NCBI GenBank assembly: GCA_905213875.1
Contig: CAJMJN010000003.1
Coordinates: 3,565-67,564, forward strand
Reading direction: 5' to 3'
Source of the DNA: an uncultured Clostridium sp.
GTDB taxonomy: Bacteria > Bacillota > Clostridia > TANB77 > CAG-508
Length of the DNA stretch: 64,000 nt
Shown here in pieces: positions 28,961-37,598 of this stretch (within the stretch, counting starts at the first letter, position 1; each line of letters starts with the position of its first letter). A model generated the notes under the pieces. That model was not told where the DNA came from. It worked only from the letters and a program-made list of their open reading frames with translations, and made no database searches. Made by a program: the position numbers and the translations under genes.

Positions 28961-29569
28961 TTATTTACTCCTATCCAATAATATTTTCTCTAAAATAGGC
29001 TTTATTTTTTCCTGTGTAATAGGTTTCTCTATATACTCATCAAATCCAATTTCATTTATAAAATAATCTCTTTTATTTTTTGAAATTGTATGTAAAACAA
29101 CAGGTATATTAAAGCCTTCAATTCTTTTTAATTCAGCTAAACATTTACTTCCTCTATTATCTCTATACACATTATTAGAAAAAATAATATCATATTTTTC
29201 TCCATCACTTATTCTTTTTATTACCTCAGCACAACTTAATGCTACTTCAACTTCAAACCCTAAGTTTTCTAGAACAGTCTTTGTATTAATATAAGACATT
29301 TCTAAGTAATCCCCTATTAATGCTTTTTTTCCTTTATATATAGGTTCTACTTTAGATTCATCAATAAAACTATCAATTTTAATATATCCAATTTCGTGGT
29401 TTATATCTACTATATCTTTTAATGATTTGCACTCTTTTTTATAATATTCTAATTCTGCCAATAATTTTTTTATTGTTTCTTTTTTAGTATTAATTTCCTT
29501 TTTTTGATATAAAATATTGTAAAACATAATAAAAATAATAATAAATAGGATAATAAATTCGTTATACAT
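28961..29569 (-). CDS. membrane-anchored CheY-like pseudo-receiver domain protein
   Basis: 202 aa with an N-terminal TM helix and a coiled segment. The REC fold keeps Thr (VVLHTIS) and Lys (YIEKPI). The phospho-acceptor position reads IIFSNN, so Asn replaces Asp. Confidence 0.6.
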   Translation of the reverse strand: MYNEFIILFIIIFIMFYNILYQKKEINTKKETIKKLLAELEYYKKECKSLKDIVDINHEIGYIKIDSFIDESKVEPIYKGKKALIGDYLEMSYINTKTVLENLGFEVEVALSCAEVIKRISDGEKYDIIFSNNVYRDNRGSKCLAELKRIEGFNIPVVLHTISKNKRDYFINEIGFDEYIEKPITQEKIKPILEKILLDRSK

Positions 29570-29698
29570 CGTTTACCTCCTTTCTAAAAAAATTACTTAC
29601 TATATTTATGCTTTGTTATAACTTCTGCTTTAGTAGTATGTTATAAAAATTCAAATCATACTAGAATAATATTGATTATGGTCAAGGAGGTAGTATTC

Positions 29699-29950
29699 GT
29701 GGCAGAAACTAGAAAAATATTAGCAAACAATATTATATATTTTAGATTAAAAAATAAGTGGTCTCAAGAACACTTTGCCGAACTATTAGGTACAAGTCCT
29801 AGTTATGTTTCAGAAATAGAAAATTGCAAGCGAAACATATCTATTGATTATATTGACCATATCTCAAATATTTTTAAAGTTGAACCACATGAATTATTTA
29901 TAAAACGTCTAACCGTAGATAAAAGACGTGTTCCAAAACGTAAGAGATAA
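29699..29950 (+). CDS. XRE-family HTH transcriptional regulator
   Basis: A GTG start at 29699 lies 8 nt after an AAGGAGG RBS. The HTH reads WSQEHFAELLGTSPSYVSEIENCKRN. Confidence 0.75.
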   Translation: MAETRKILANNIIYFRLKNKWSQEHFAELLGTSPSYVSEIENCKRNISIDYIDHISNIFKVEPHELFIKRLTVDKRRVPKRKR

Positions 29951-30086
29951 AATTTATTATCTCTTTTTTATAGTAAGTAAACTTATTATAACATAAATAA
30001 TTATTTTTGAACATATATACCCGTATAAATAAACAGCTGTTTAATATCCACTTTCTTTGTTAATATTTATTTTGGAGGGAATATAT

Positions 30087-30338
30087 ATGTTAGAAGATAA
30101 TAGTATTTTTTTATATAAAGATTATGGTAAAATAGTTTTTGATTTAAAAACCATTATGGATAAAAAAGGTATTACTGTGAGTAAAATTGTAAAAACAACA
30201 GGTTTACACCACAAAGTTATAAAACGATATTATGAAGGCTCTGCAGAAAGATATGATAAAGATGTTTTGTCTAAACTTTGTTTCGTTCTTGATTGTAATT
30301 TGGAAGATATTATGCATTATGAAAAGCCAAAAAAATAA
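30087..30338 (+). CDS. XRE/Cro-like HTH protein
   Basis: ATG at 30087 follows GGAGGG. The HTH reads ITVSKIVKTTGLHHKVIKRYYEG. Confidence 0.65.
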   Translation: MLEDNSIFLYKDYGKIVFDLKTIMDKKGITVSKIVKTTGLHHKVIKRYYEGSAERYDKDVLSKLCFVLDCNLEDIMHYEKPKK

Positions 30339-30393
30339 TAAATGCAACAAAATACAGCATATATATTTTATATATGCTGTATTTTGTTGTATT

Positions 30394-30738
30394 TTACTTA
30401 CTATATTCATATTTTATGATTCTTGAAATTTCTTCAATTATATTTTTATTAGTAAAATAATATTTATTATAATCATATCCAAATATTTTTTTAAAATTAG
30501 TTATTGACTTTTGTTCTTCTCTATTATCTATGGCATATTTTATAGAATTTCTAATTTGTGTAGAATTTAAATTATCATATTTATTAGCAATATTTTTATA
30601 TACATTTTCAAAAATTATAAATTCATTATTACTATTTACAACAATTTGTATAGCTTGTATTAATAATTTAGTCCCTTTTAACGATGGCGATAACCCTAAT
30701 TCCATTAATATATTGTAAATTGTTATTATATAATTCAT
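30394..30738 (-). CDS. stand-alone Spo0A C-terminal (DNA-binding effector) domain-like protein
   Basis: LMELGLSPSLKGTKLLIQAIQIVVNSNNEFIIFENVYKNIANKYDNLNSTQIRNSIKYAIDNR...FKKIFGY aligns position for position with B. subtilis Spo0A [64 protein letters not shown]...SSLFGY. No receiver domain is present. Confidence 0.65.
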   Translation of the reverse strand: MNYIITIYNILMELGLSPSLKGTKLLIQAIQIVVNSNNEFIIFENVYKNIANKYDNLNSTQIRNSIKYAIDNREEQKSITNFKKIFGYDYNKYYFTNKNIIEEISRIIKYEYSK

Positions 30739-30966
30739 TTTTCTAACTCCTAAATTCTATCTTTTACAAATACTATACCAAAATTATTTTTCTTTTTCAA
30801 AATATAAAAAATTACATGCTATGCAATAGATTTTACACATCACGTAATTTTTTTTACTAAATTCTATTATATTTATAATAATATTTCTTAATTTTAACTC
30901 TAATATTTGTAAATTCATAAAATGTTACTTTTTACGTAATACTTTATAAATTTATATAAAAAATAC

Positions 30967-30985
30967 AGGAGACCAACAAATGGAA
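30967..30985. repeat. 19-bp inverted repeat, left copy (AGGAGACCAACAAATGGAA)
   Basis: The perfect reverse complement lies at 31186-31204, 200 bp away. Confidence 0.85.
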
Positions 30986-31185
30986 AAAGCCCCTGTATTT
31001 TTTCTCTAGATATTTCTACCTAAAGCTATATAATTAATTTAAATTATTGCAACTAATTTAAATTAACTAACTTAATTATACTAAAGATATAAATAAAATT
31101 CAATATATTTAAAATATATAGGGGGAATTTTCCCCCTTTTTCTTATGCTCCTGGACTTCCGACCATCTAAGCAAAATTCTCTTTC

Positions 31186-31204
31186 TTCCATTTGTTGGTC
31201 TCCT
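31186..31204. repeat. 19-bp inverted repeat, right copy
   Basis: TTCCATTTGTTGGTCTCCT. Confidence 0.85.
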
Positions 31205-31456
31205 TTCACTATATTCTATAAGTAATTTTCAATTATGATAAAAGAAGATAACAAATGTCATTCTTACAAAGTCCAAGCAGTTGCAATGCTTGAATTTCAA
31301 ATCATAATTGAATACAAGTATTGCAAACTTGCAAAATAGCTTTTAGCCATTCCATGCTTATAGTATTTTAATTATACCATATTTTACCAGTATCTTCAAT
31401 AAAATCTTTTATATTATGTAAAGTTGTGATATAATATATATATTAGGGGTGATTAT

Positions 31457-32176
31457 ATGTCCATTTTTAGTAAAACTGATTTTGGTGAAAATATTAGGAA
31501 ATTTCGAAAAGCAAGGGGATTAAGTCAAGAAAACCTGGCTTTAATTTTAAATAAAACTTCTGCCACAATTGCAAGATATGAAACTGGTGAAATAATTCCA
31601 AATGCTGAACAAATTCATTTGATATGTGATGCACTAGGAATATATGAATATGAGCTTTTTAATAATAGTCAAAAAATTATCAATACTGAAACTATTAACA
31701 ATCCTTTTAATACGGATATTCTCTATTTATATTATATAGCATATTATCCAAAATCTAAAAAATATGGTAAAGCAAAATTTAGGTTAAAACTTACTTCAAA
31801 ACCAGACTTGTGTAAAGTAGATTTTATGGAATATAAAAAAGATTTTATCTACCTTTCTGGTTATTTACAAACTGACAATCATATTGCTGTATTTGTCTTT
31901 GAAAATTACAAAGAAAATAATTTTCGATTTGAATTATCGCATCTTATTGTCAATATTGCAAGAGGTACTAACTCTCCTATGCTTGGTACTTTTCATTGTA
32001 CTAATGGTGAATATGTTCCTAGCATACGCAAATGTATTGTATCAAAAAAAGATTTAGACTTTACAGATGATTTACTTGAAAAAATAAAAATTACCGAATT
32101 AGAAAAACAAAATTTGAATAACCACAATATTTTATATCTTGATATTACTGATACTTATGATTTTGAAAATCTTTAA
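31457..32176 (+). CDS. XRE-family HTH regulator with an unknown C-terminal domain of about 170 aa
   Basis: The N-terminus FGENIRKFRKARGLSQENLALILNKTSATIARYETGE is a Cro/C1 HTH. An extended -10 TGATATAAT lies upstream. Confidence 0.75.
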   Translation: MSIFSKTDFGENIRKFRKARGLSQENLALILNKTSATIARYETGEIIPNAEQIHLICDALGIYEYELFNNSQKIINTETINNPFNTDILYLYYIAYYPKSKKYGKAKFRLKLTSKPDLCKVDFMEYKKDFIYLSGYLQTDNHIAVFVFENYKENNFRFELSHLIVNIARGTNSPMLGTFHCTNGEYVPSIRKCIVSKKDLDFTDDLLEKIKITELEKQNLNNHNILYLDITDTYDFENL

Positions 32177-32266
32177 TTTATTATATTAAAAGTAAAAATA
32201 ACACTTAAATATTAATTATTTAAGTGTTATTCTTGATAATTTTATTACTTTATATTTTTTAATATT

Positions 32267-32845
32267 TTAATTTTTATTATCTAATATTTTTTCTGCTCTT
32301 GCTAATAAACTCTCATCTTTTTCTATACTATCCATACTAATTTTTATATCTTTTTTTAATATTTCATATTCATCAGTAGTTAAATTTTCTTCTTCTAATA
32401 TTCTTAGAATTAAATCATAAAGTCTTTTTTCATAATTTTTTAATGGACTTTTCGTTATTTCTACAATACCAGTATCCTGTTCATTTTTTGATTCTTCTAA
32501 TATATCTTCATACTCTTCTGGATAAAACTTCTTTATTATTGCTACTCTTTTAGCATCTTCTTCTTTTAATTGAGCTATTTGCTCATTTATAAATGGATCA
32601 TCTCCTTTTTGCACTTCAGCTGTTTCATATTTTGATGTTATATTTTCATTTGAAATATTATTTTTAGCAAATTCTTCCTTTTTAGCTAATGCATTATTTT
32701 TTTCTTGGATATTTGCCTCCTCTATCTCCTTATCCGTCGGAAAGTGTACACTTATAGTTTTTGAGGCATAAATTGCAATAGGAATTACTATTACCGCTAT
32801 TATAACTATTATTAAGAGTATAATTAATTTAGTTTTCTTTTTCAT
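32267..32845 (-). CDS. membrane-anchored Glu/Lys-rich hypothetical protein
   Basis: 192 aa with an N-terminal TM helix (LIILLIIVIIAVIVIPIAIYA). It lies immediately downstream of the lectin-amidase gene. Confidence 0.5.
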   Translation of the reverse strand: MKKKTKLIILLIIVIIAVIVIPIAIYASKTISVHFPTDKEIEEANIQEKNNALAKKEEFAKNNISNENITSKYETAEVQKGDDPFINEQIAQLKEEDAKRVAIIKKFYPEEYEDILEESKNEQDTGIVEITKSPLKNYEKRLYDLILRILEEENLTTDEYEILKKDIKISMDSIEKDESLLARAEKILDNKN

Positions 32846-32866
32846 AAAATTCCCCCTTTATAATTA

Positions 32867-34024
32867 CTAAAATAAATAAAATAAAAAATATTCATCTGGA
32901 TAACTTCTACATATATCTAATAAACTTTTATTCAATACATTATTTGAATGATATGTCAATAAATATGTATTATTAGTACCATCATTTACATAGCCTGATA
33001 CATACATACTATGATGGGATTCTCCTAAGCTTCCATCTGATTTTCTATTCGCCATCTGTATTACATCGCCTTCACTAAATGGTATATTCCATGCTAGTGC
33101 TGGATTTTCTAAGATTTGACTACCAGTAGCTTTATAACCTGCCGAAATATTATTTTTCCAATACTCCCTAAACTCTTGAGCACTAATCCATGGGCTTGGA
33201 TCTGTTGCTTCCCAACTCTCATTAAATTGGTATCTAGATGGTGTACTATATTTTGTATTTTTCCTATGAATATTCCAATTATCTCTCATATGAATGCCAG
33301 ATGCAAGCATCGCTTGTGAAACAAAATTAGTACAATCTCCACCCATATTAGTTAAATTTGGATATGCTGGAACATATGAATTATAGTTATCCATTGCATA
33401 TTTAGCTCCTAAATCAACATCTTTTTCTACTGGTTCCAGTATCCAACGTTCATTCCAAGCACCAATATAATTGTATTGATGTACATTCTCACCTAAATCA
33501 CATCCTGCATTACAAGTAGAAATTGCTTTAGTATAATTACTTACTTTAGTTACTATAACATAAACTGCTGAATCAGTTCCTCCTATTTTAAATTTTTGTG
33601 CATCTGTTCCATTATATTCATATATATGAACATTTGCTCCATTTTCTGTACTTGCATTAGAAATATCTAAAACCATGTTATTTCCCACATTCGAAAAAAA
33701 TGAAAATGTTCCATCATTATTATAATTAATATACCACCTTTGTGCATTTGTACCATTATATTTATATTGATGAACATTAGTTCCGTTTGTGCTTTGGCCG
33801 TTAGAAACATCTAAATACTGTCCTGAAAGTGCATTTTTTATATAAAATGTTTTATTCATTATGTGATATATCAAATTATCTGAAGTTATTCTTGCATTAT
33901 TATCTTCTCCTAAAAAATTAAGTTCCTCTAGTTTTTGAATATTTTCTTTTGCTAATACTTGATTTTGAAATAGCAAGAAAATTGTAATTGCTATATATAT
34001 TATAATAGCTATTCTTTTCCTCAT
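32867..34024 (-). CDS. secreted ricin-type beta-trefoil lectin fused to a putative cell-wall amidase/peptidase domain
   Basis: 385 aa with a signal peptide. There are three QxW-like repeats (AQRWYI, AQKFKI, NERWIL). The C-terminal block GGDCTNFVSQAMLASG resembles the putative amidase (Amidase_6-like) catalytic Cys motif. Confidence 0.6.
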   Translation of the reverse strand: MRKRIAIIIYIAITIFLLFQNQVLAKENIQKLEELNFLGEDNNARITSDNLIYHIMNKTFYIKNALSGQYLDVSNGQSTNGTNVHQYKYNGTNAQRWYINYNNDGTFSFFSNVGNNMVLDISNASTENGANVHIYEYNGTDAQKFKIGGTDSAVYVIVTKVSNYTKAISTCNAGCDLGENVHQYNYIGAWNERWILEPVEKDVDLGAKYAMDNYNSYVPAYPNLTNMGGDCTNFVSQAMLASGIHMRDNWNIHRKNTKYSTPSRYQFNESWEATDPSPWISAQEFREYWKNNISAGYKATGSQILENPALAWNIPFSEGDVIQMANRKSDGSLGESHHSMYVSGYVNDGTNNTYLLTYHSNNVLNKSLLDICRSYPDEYFLFYLF

Positions 34025-34361
34025 TAAAATTCCCCCTTTTATTTTTATATAATATTTTCCTCCTTTCCAAATTTTTTATATTGCTTTAATTATAGTGTAC
34101 GCTTAATATAGTTTTTCTCATTGTATAACATAGTTTCTAAAATTTCAAGTATTTTTACATTTTTTTCTATTTTTCTATTTTTTTCCACTATTCTTGTAAT
34201 TCTTACAAATTTTTACAAAATACTATATTTTAATATAAATTCGTTTATTTCAGTAAAATTCTTTACAAAATTACCAATTAACTATAATTACAAGTATCAT
34301 AATACCAGTTCGAACAACTAAAAATTTCTAGAAATTTTAATTTTATTTATAAGGAGTTTAT

Positions 34362-34760
34362 ATGAAATCTAAAATAATCAATCAATTAAACCAAAAAGAT
34401 ACTGAATTAAATTCAGTTATTGAAACAATACTTGAAACAGAAACTATAATTCAAATGTTAGAAAGTAACTATTATCAAAAGTCCATGGAAAATGCCGATG
34501 TTGCAGATGTTAATATAAATCATTTAGAAAATATTTTTACAAATGAAACTTATTATTTGGCAATGAAAATCGTTCCTTTAATTGAAAGAAAAGTTTTATA
34601 TCTTTCATATATCGAAAATCTTAGATTAAATGATATTTGTAAAAGATTAAAGCTTTCTAAAAATGAAGTTATAAAATTAAGAACTAAAGGTATTAACCAC
34701 TTCAAACATAATTTAGAATTGTTATATAAAACAAATAAAATTAAGAAAGGTACTATTTAA
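34362..34760 (+). CDS. sigma-70 region-4-like / ArpU-like small transcriptional regulator
   Basis: 132 aa. VLYLSYIENLRLNDICKRLKLSKNEVIKLRTKGINHF resembles a region-4 HTH. Confidence 0.5.
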   Translation: MKSKIINQLNQKDTELNSVIETILETETIIQMLESNYYQKSMENADVADVNINHLENIFTNETYYLAMKIVPLIERKVLYLSYIENLRLNDICKRLKLSKNEVIKLRTKGINHFKHNLELLYKTNKIKKGTI

Positions 34761-34761
34761 A

Positions 34762-35085
34762 ATGTGTATTGAACATTTAGAAAATGCAATAACAATGCAA
34801 TCAGCTAAAAACAAATTATTAAATAGTTGGAATTGGATTTGTTGCAATGATGGTTCAGGATATTTACAAAGTCCAAATGGAAACTCTTATTTTCATTACG
34901 ACTGGTCGACTACTGAATATAAACATACTAATAAAGATTCTTATTCTTTATGGGGTACTAGAAATGATGATGGCACTTCTACTACTTTCAAAGATTTTCA
35001 AGAATATGCTGAACAATATGTTATTAAACATTATTTAAAAACTAATAATTTAGAGGTATTAAAAAATGAAGAAAATGAAAGATAA
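34762..35085 (+). CDS. hypothetical protein (Trp/Tyr-rich)
   Basis: 107 aa, tightly coupled to its neighbours. No family was recognised. Confidence 0.45.
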   Translation: MCIEHLENAITMQSAKNKLLNSWNWICCNDGSGYLQSPNGNSYFHYDWSTTEYKHTNKDSYSLWGTRNDDGTSTTFKDFQEYAEQYVIKHYLKTNNLEVLKNEENER

Positions 35086-35578
35086 TAAAATTTATTTTAA
35101 ATGCAAAAACCATAATTCAATTAGAGTTCTATATAAAAAAGTTGGAAAAGCTCCTGAGATTAAAATTATTTCAAATGTTTTTACTCTAAAAAAAGCGATT
35201 ATAAAAAAGCAACTTACTATTATTCCTTATGAGGGTGCCTATATAATTTGTAATAATAATAAATTTAATAATTTTATGAGAACTAACATTATTTTACCTT
35301 TAAGAACTATAAGGGGGGATTTTATCCTTGTTAATATTGATAAAAATGAACGAGAATTTAAATCATTATCTCAAGAAGATGTTTTATGGTTTACAAAAGA
35401 TCTAATTAATAAAACTCCCCTTTCCTCTTCTTCATCTACTATAAAATCCTCTGTTTTATCTACTTATTCTAAAACGTTTGATAATTCTAATAATAGATAT
35501 ATTAGTTTTGAAAAACTTTTAATTGATGTATTAATAAATGTTCAAACAATTTTATCTAATATATCAAAAAAATGTTAG
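35066..35578 (+). CDS. hypothetical protein
   Basis: 170 aa. It overlaps the upstream ORF by 20 nt. No family was recognised. Confidence 0.45.
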   Translation: MKKMKDNKIYFKCKNHNSIRVLYKKVGKAPEIKIISNVFTLKKAIIKKQLTIIPYEGAYIICNNNKFNNFMRTNIILPLRTIRGDFILVNIDKNEREFKSLSQEDVLWFTKDLINKTPLSSSSSTIKSSVLSTYSKTFDNSNNRYISFEKLLIDVLINVQTILSNISKKC

Positions 35579-35630
35579 AAAGGAGTTTTTACTTTGAATA
35601 AAATTAAAAATAGAAATGGAGAAATAGAAA

Positions 35631-35900
35631 ATGAATAATATTAATACTTCAAATTTAATTGATACAAAAGAAAACAAAAATTCAAATGAACAAGTAGTAA
35701 TAAATTATTTAAATAGAATAACTAATCCTTTTGCTATATTATCTGTTCAAGATGTTTCTAAAGATTTACATATTGGAATAAACCAAGCTTATGACTTATT
35801 TAAACAAAATGATTTTCCAACTATATGTATTGGTAAAAGAAAAACTGTAACTTTAGCAGCATATTTGCTTTGGAAAATGTCTACAAAAGGAGGTGTTTAG
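35631..35900 (+). CDS. xis: excisionase-like / MerR-type HTH DNA-binding protein
   Basis: 89 aa. ILSVQDVSKDLHIGINQAYDLFKQNDFPTICIGKRKTV resembles an HTH_17/Xis motif. It lies directly upstream of int. Confidence 0.6.
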   Translation: MNNINTSNLIDTKENKNSNEQVVINYLNRITNPFAILSVQDVSKDLHIGINQAYDLFKQNDFPTICIGKRKTVTLAAYLLWKMSTKGGV

Positions 35901-35901
35901 T

Positions 35902-37110
35902 ATGGCTCAAAAAGGATTGGGCGAAGGTTATGTGTTTTTTAATAAACAAAGAAAAAAGTGGAATGCACAATATCGAGATTATGATATAAATACTGGAACT
36001 TTAAAATTGAAAACTAAAAGTTTTAAAACAAAAGAAGAAGCAAAAAAATATTTAAGTACAATTATGTACCAAAAAGAAAATCCTATATATGTAGAACATC
36101 ATGGAATACCGCTTTGTGAACTTATGCGAGCAAATTTAAAATTTAAGTTAGATACTAACTTAATAACTGCTACACAATTTTCAAGAGTATCTACTACAAT
36201 TGGAGCTTTAGAAAAATTACCTATTGGAAACAAAAAAATTGATGAAATAACATCAACGGAAATACAAACATATCTTAATTCTATTAGTAATTTAAGTAAC
36301 TCATCAATTAAGAAAATCTATGGACAATTTGTCCAAGCCTTTAAAATAGCCATGAATAAAGGTTATATAATGAAAAACCCAATGAACACTATTATAAGGC
36401 CTATCAGTCAAAAGCAGGATAAAAAAGTTAGAGCATTAACTTTGGATGAACAGCAAGCTTTTACCGACTATCTTTTAACTAAAGACATAAAGCAATGTAA
36501 ATACAAAAATGTATTTTTAATTCAAATGTATATGGGATTAAGAGTGGGCGAAGCTTTGGCTCTTACTATGAATGATGTCGACTTAAAAAACAAGAAAATA
36601 AACATACATAGAACATTGACTACAGATGAAAATAATGAAACCATAATGGGAAATAAAACTAAGACCTATGCAGGAATGAGAGTTGTACCTATTCCAGAAG
36701 TTATCCATCCTTATGTGATAGAGCAAATGAATATTGCAAACACTCAATATAATAATGATGAAAAGCTCTTATTTAAACCATTAAATCATAACTATACCAA
36801 AAGAACAAATGTAAATTCTGAATTGCATAGAATATTGAAAAGAGAATTTGATATAACAGATATTTCTACACATAGTTTACGACATACATTTGGGACAAGA
36901 TGTATTGAAAGTGGTATGGCTCCTGTGGTTGTTCAAAGATTAATGGGGCATACAGATATAGGTGTTACTTTAAATACATATACTTCTGTTTTTGATAAAT
37001 TTAAAGAAAATGAAGTTAACAAAGTAAATCAATATTACTTAAATAATAATTTGGTTTCAAACAATACTAATTTAATTGATAGTACAATATCAAATGAACA
37101 TGAAAAATAA
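35902..37110 (+). CDS. int: tyrosine site-specific integrase
   Basis: ATG at 35902 follows AAGGAGG. The catalytic region reads GLRVGEALAL, ..HSLRHTFGTRC.. and ..LMGHTDIGVTLNTYTSV (R, HxxR, H, Y). Confidence 0.9.
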   Translation: MAQKGLGEGYVFFNKQRKKWNAQYRDYDINTGTLKLKTKSFKTKEEAKKYLSTIMYQKENPIYVEHHGIPLCELMRANLKFKLDTNLITATQFSRVSTTIGALEKLPIGNKKIDEITSTEIQTYLNSISNLSNSSIKKIYGQFVQAFKIAMNKGYIMKNPMNTIIRPISQKQDKKVRALTLDEQQAFTDYLLTKDIKQCKYKNVFLIQMYMGLRVGEALALTMNDVDLKNKKINIHRTLTTDENNETIMGNKTKTYAGMRVVPIPEVIHPYVIEQMNIANTQYNNDEKLLFKPLNHNYTKRTNVNSELHRILKREFDITDISTHSLRHTFGTRCIESGMAPVVVQRLMGHTDIGVTLNTYTSVFDKFKENEVNKVNQYYLNNNLVSNNTNLIDSTISNEHEK

Positions 37111-37137
37111 AATTAATATAAATTAGATAAAATTAAT

Positions 37138-37150
37138 ATCAACTAAACAA
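37138..37150. repeat. ATCAACTAAACAA motif (candidate integrase arm-type site)
   Basis: The same 13-mer forms both arms of the palindrome at 37381-37439. Confidence 0.4.
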
Positions 37151-37380
37151 AGTTTTAAAAAATGGCTAAAAATAAGCATTTTGTTTTGATATTTTATCTG
37201 TTTATAATAAATATTTTTATTTTTATGTAAAACTTGTTATAGTATTATTTTGTAATACAGTTATACCAAGCATTTCCTGCAAATTATTTTATAATATTAT
37301 TTGTTAATCCCAACTGATTAATTTCATCATAAAAATTATAAAAGCGTTGATATATAAGTGTTTCAGTGTAGTTTTCTAAA

Positions 37381-37439
37381 CATCAACTAAACAACATCTA
37401 AACAAATATAAAATTGTTTAGTTTGTTGTTTAGTTGATG
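37381..37439. repeat. 59-bp palindrome built from ATCAACTAAACAA motifs
   Basis: CATCAACTAAACAACATCTAAACAA-ATATAAAA-TTGTTTAGTTTGTTGTTTAGTTGATG lies between int and attR. Confidence 0.8.
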
Positions 37440-37554
37440 GATTTATGAAATAAAATAAAAATCCGTTAAACCATTGATATTACTAGTGAAAATTAATTTT
37501 TATAAATTATATAAAATTTATAGTAGTTGCAAACAACAAAACAGCCTGTATCCG

Positions 37555-37598
37555 TTGATACAAGCTACTTTTATTGATTATTTCTTTGGTAGCGAAGA
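37555..37598. repeat. attR: 44-bp perfect direct repeat
   Basis: Identical to 27220-27263. It overlaps tRNA positions 37587-37598. Confidence 0.9.

Larger units (their letters stand above)
27220..37598. mobile_element. integrative mobilizable element (about 10.3 kb) inserted in the 3' end of a tRNA with a CAU anticodon
   Basis: Bounded by a 44-bp direct repeat. A tyrosine integrase and an Xis-like HTH sit at the tRNA-proximal end and a MobV/Pre relaxase at the distal end. Four XRE-type or sigma-like regulators are present. No T4SS or replication genes were seen. Confidence 0.85.

Noticed and set aside
31081-31191. A 36-codon ORF (MEEREFCLDGRK...) with a good RBS, located inside the inverted-repeat unit of the island.
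   Set aside because: It is not called as a gene. It reads straight through a strong GC hairpin, has no recognisable features, and contains the otherwise unused CGG codon. It is kept only as part of a finding.
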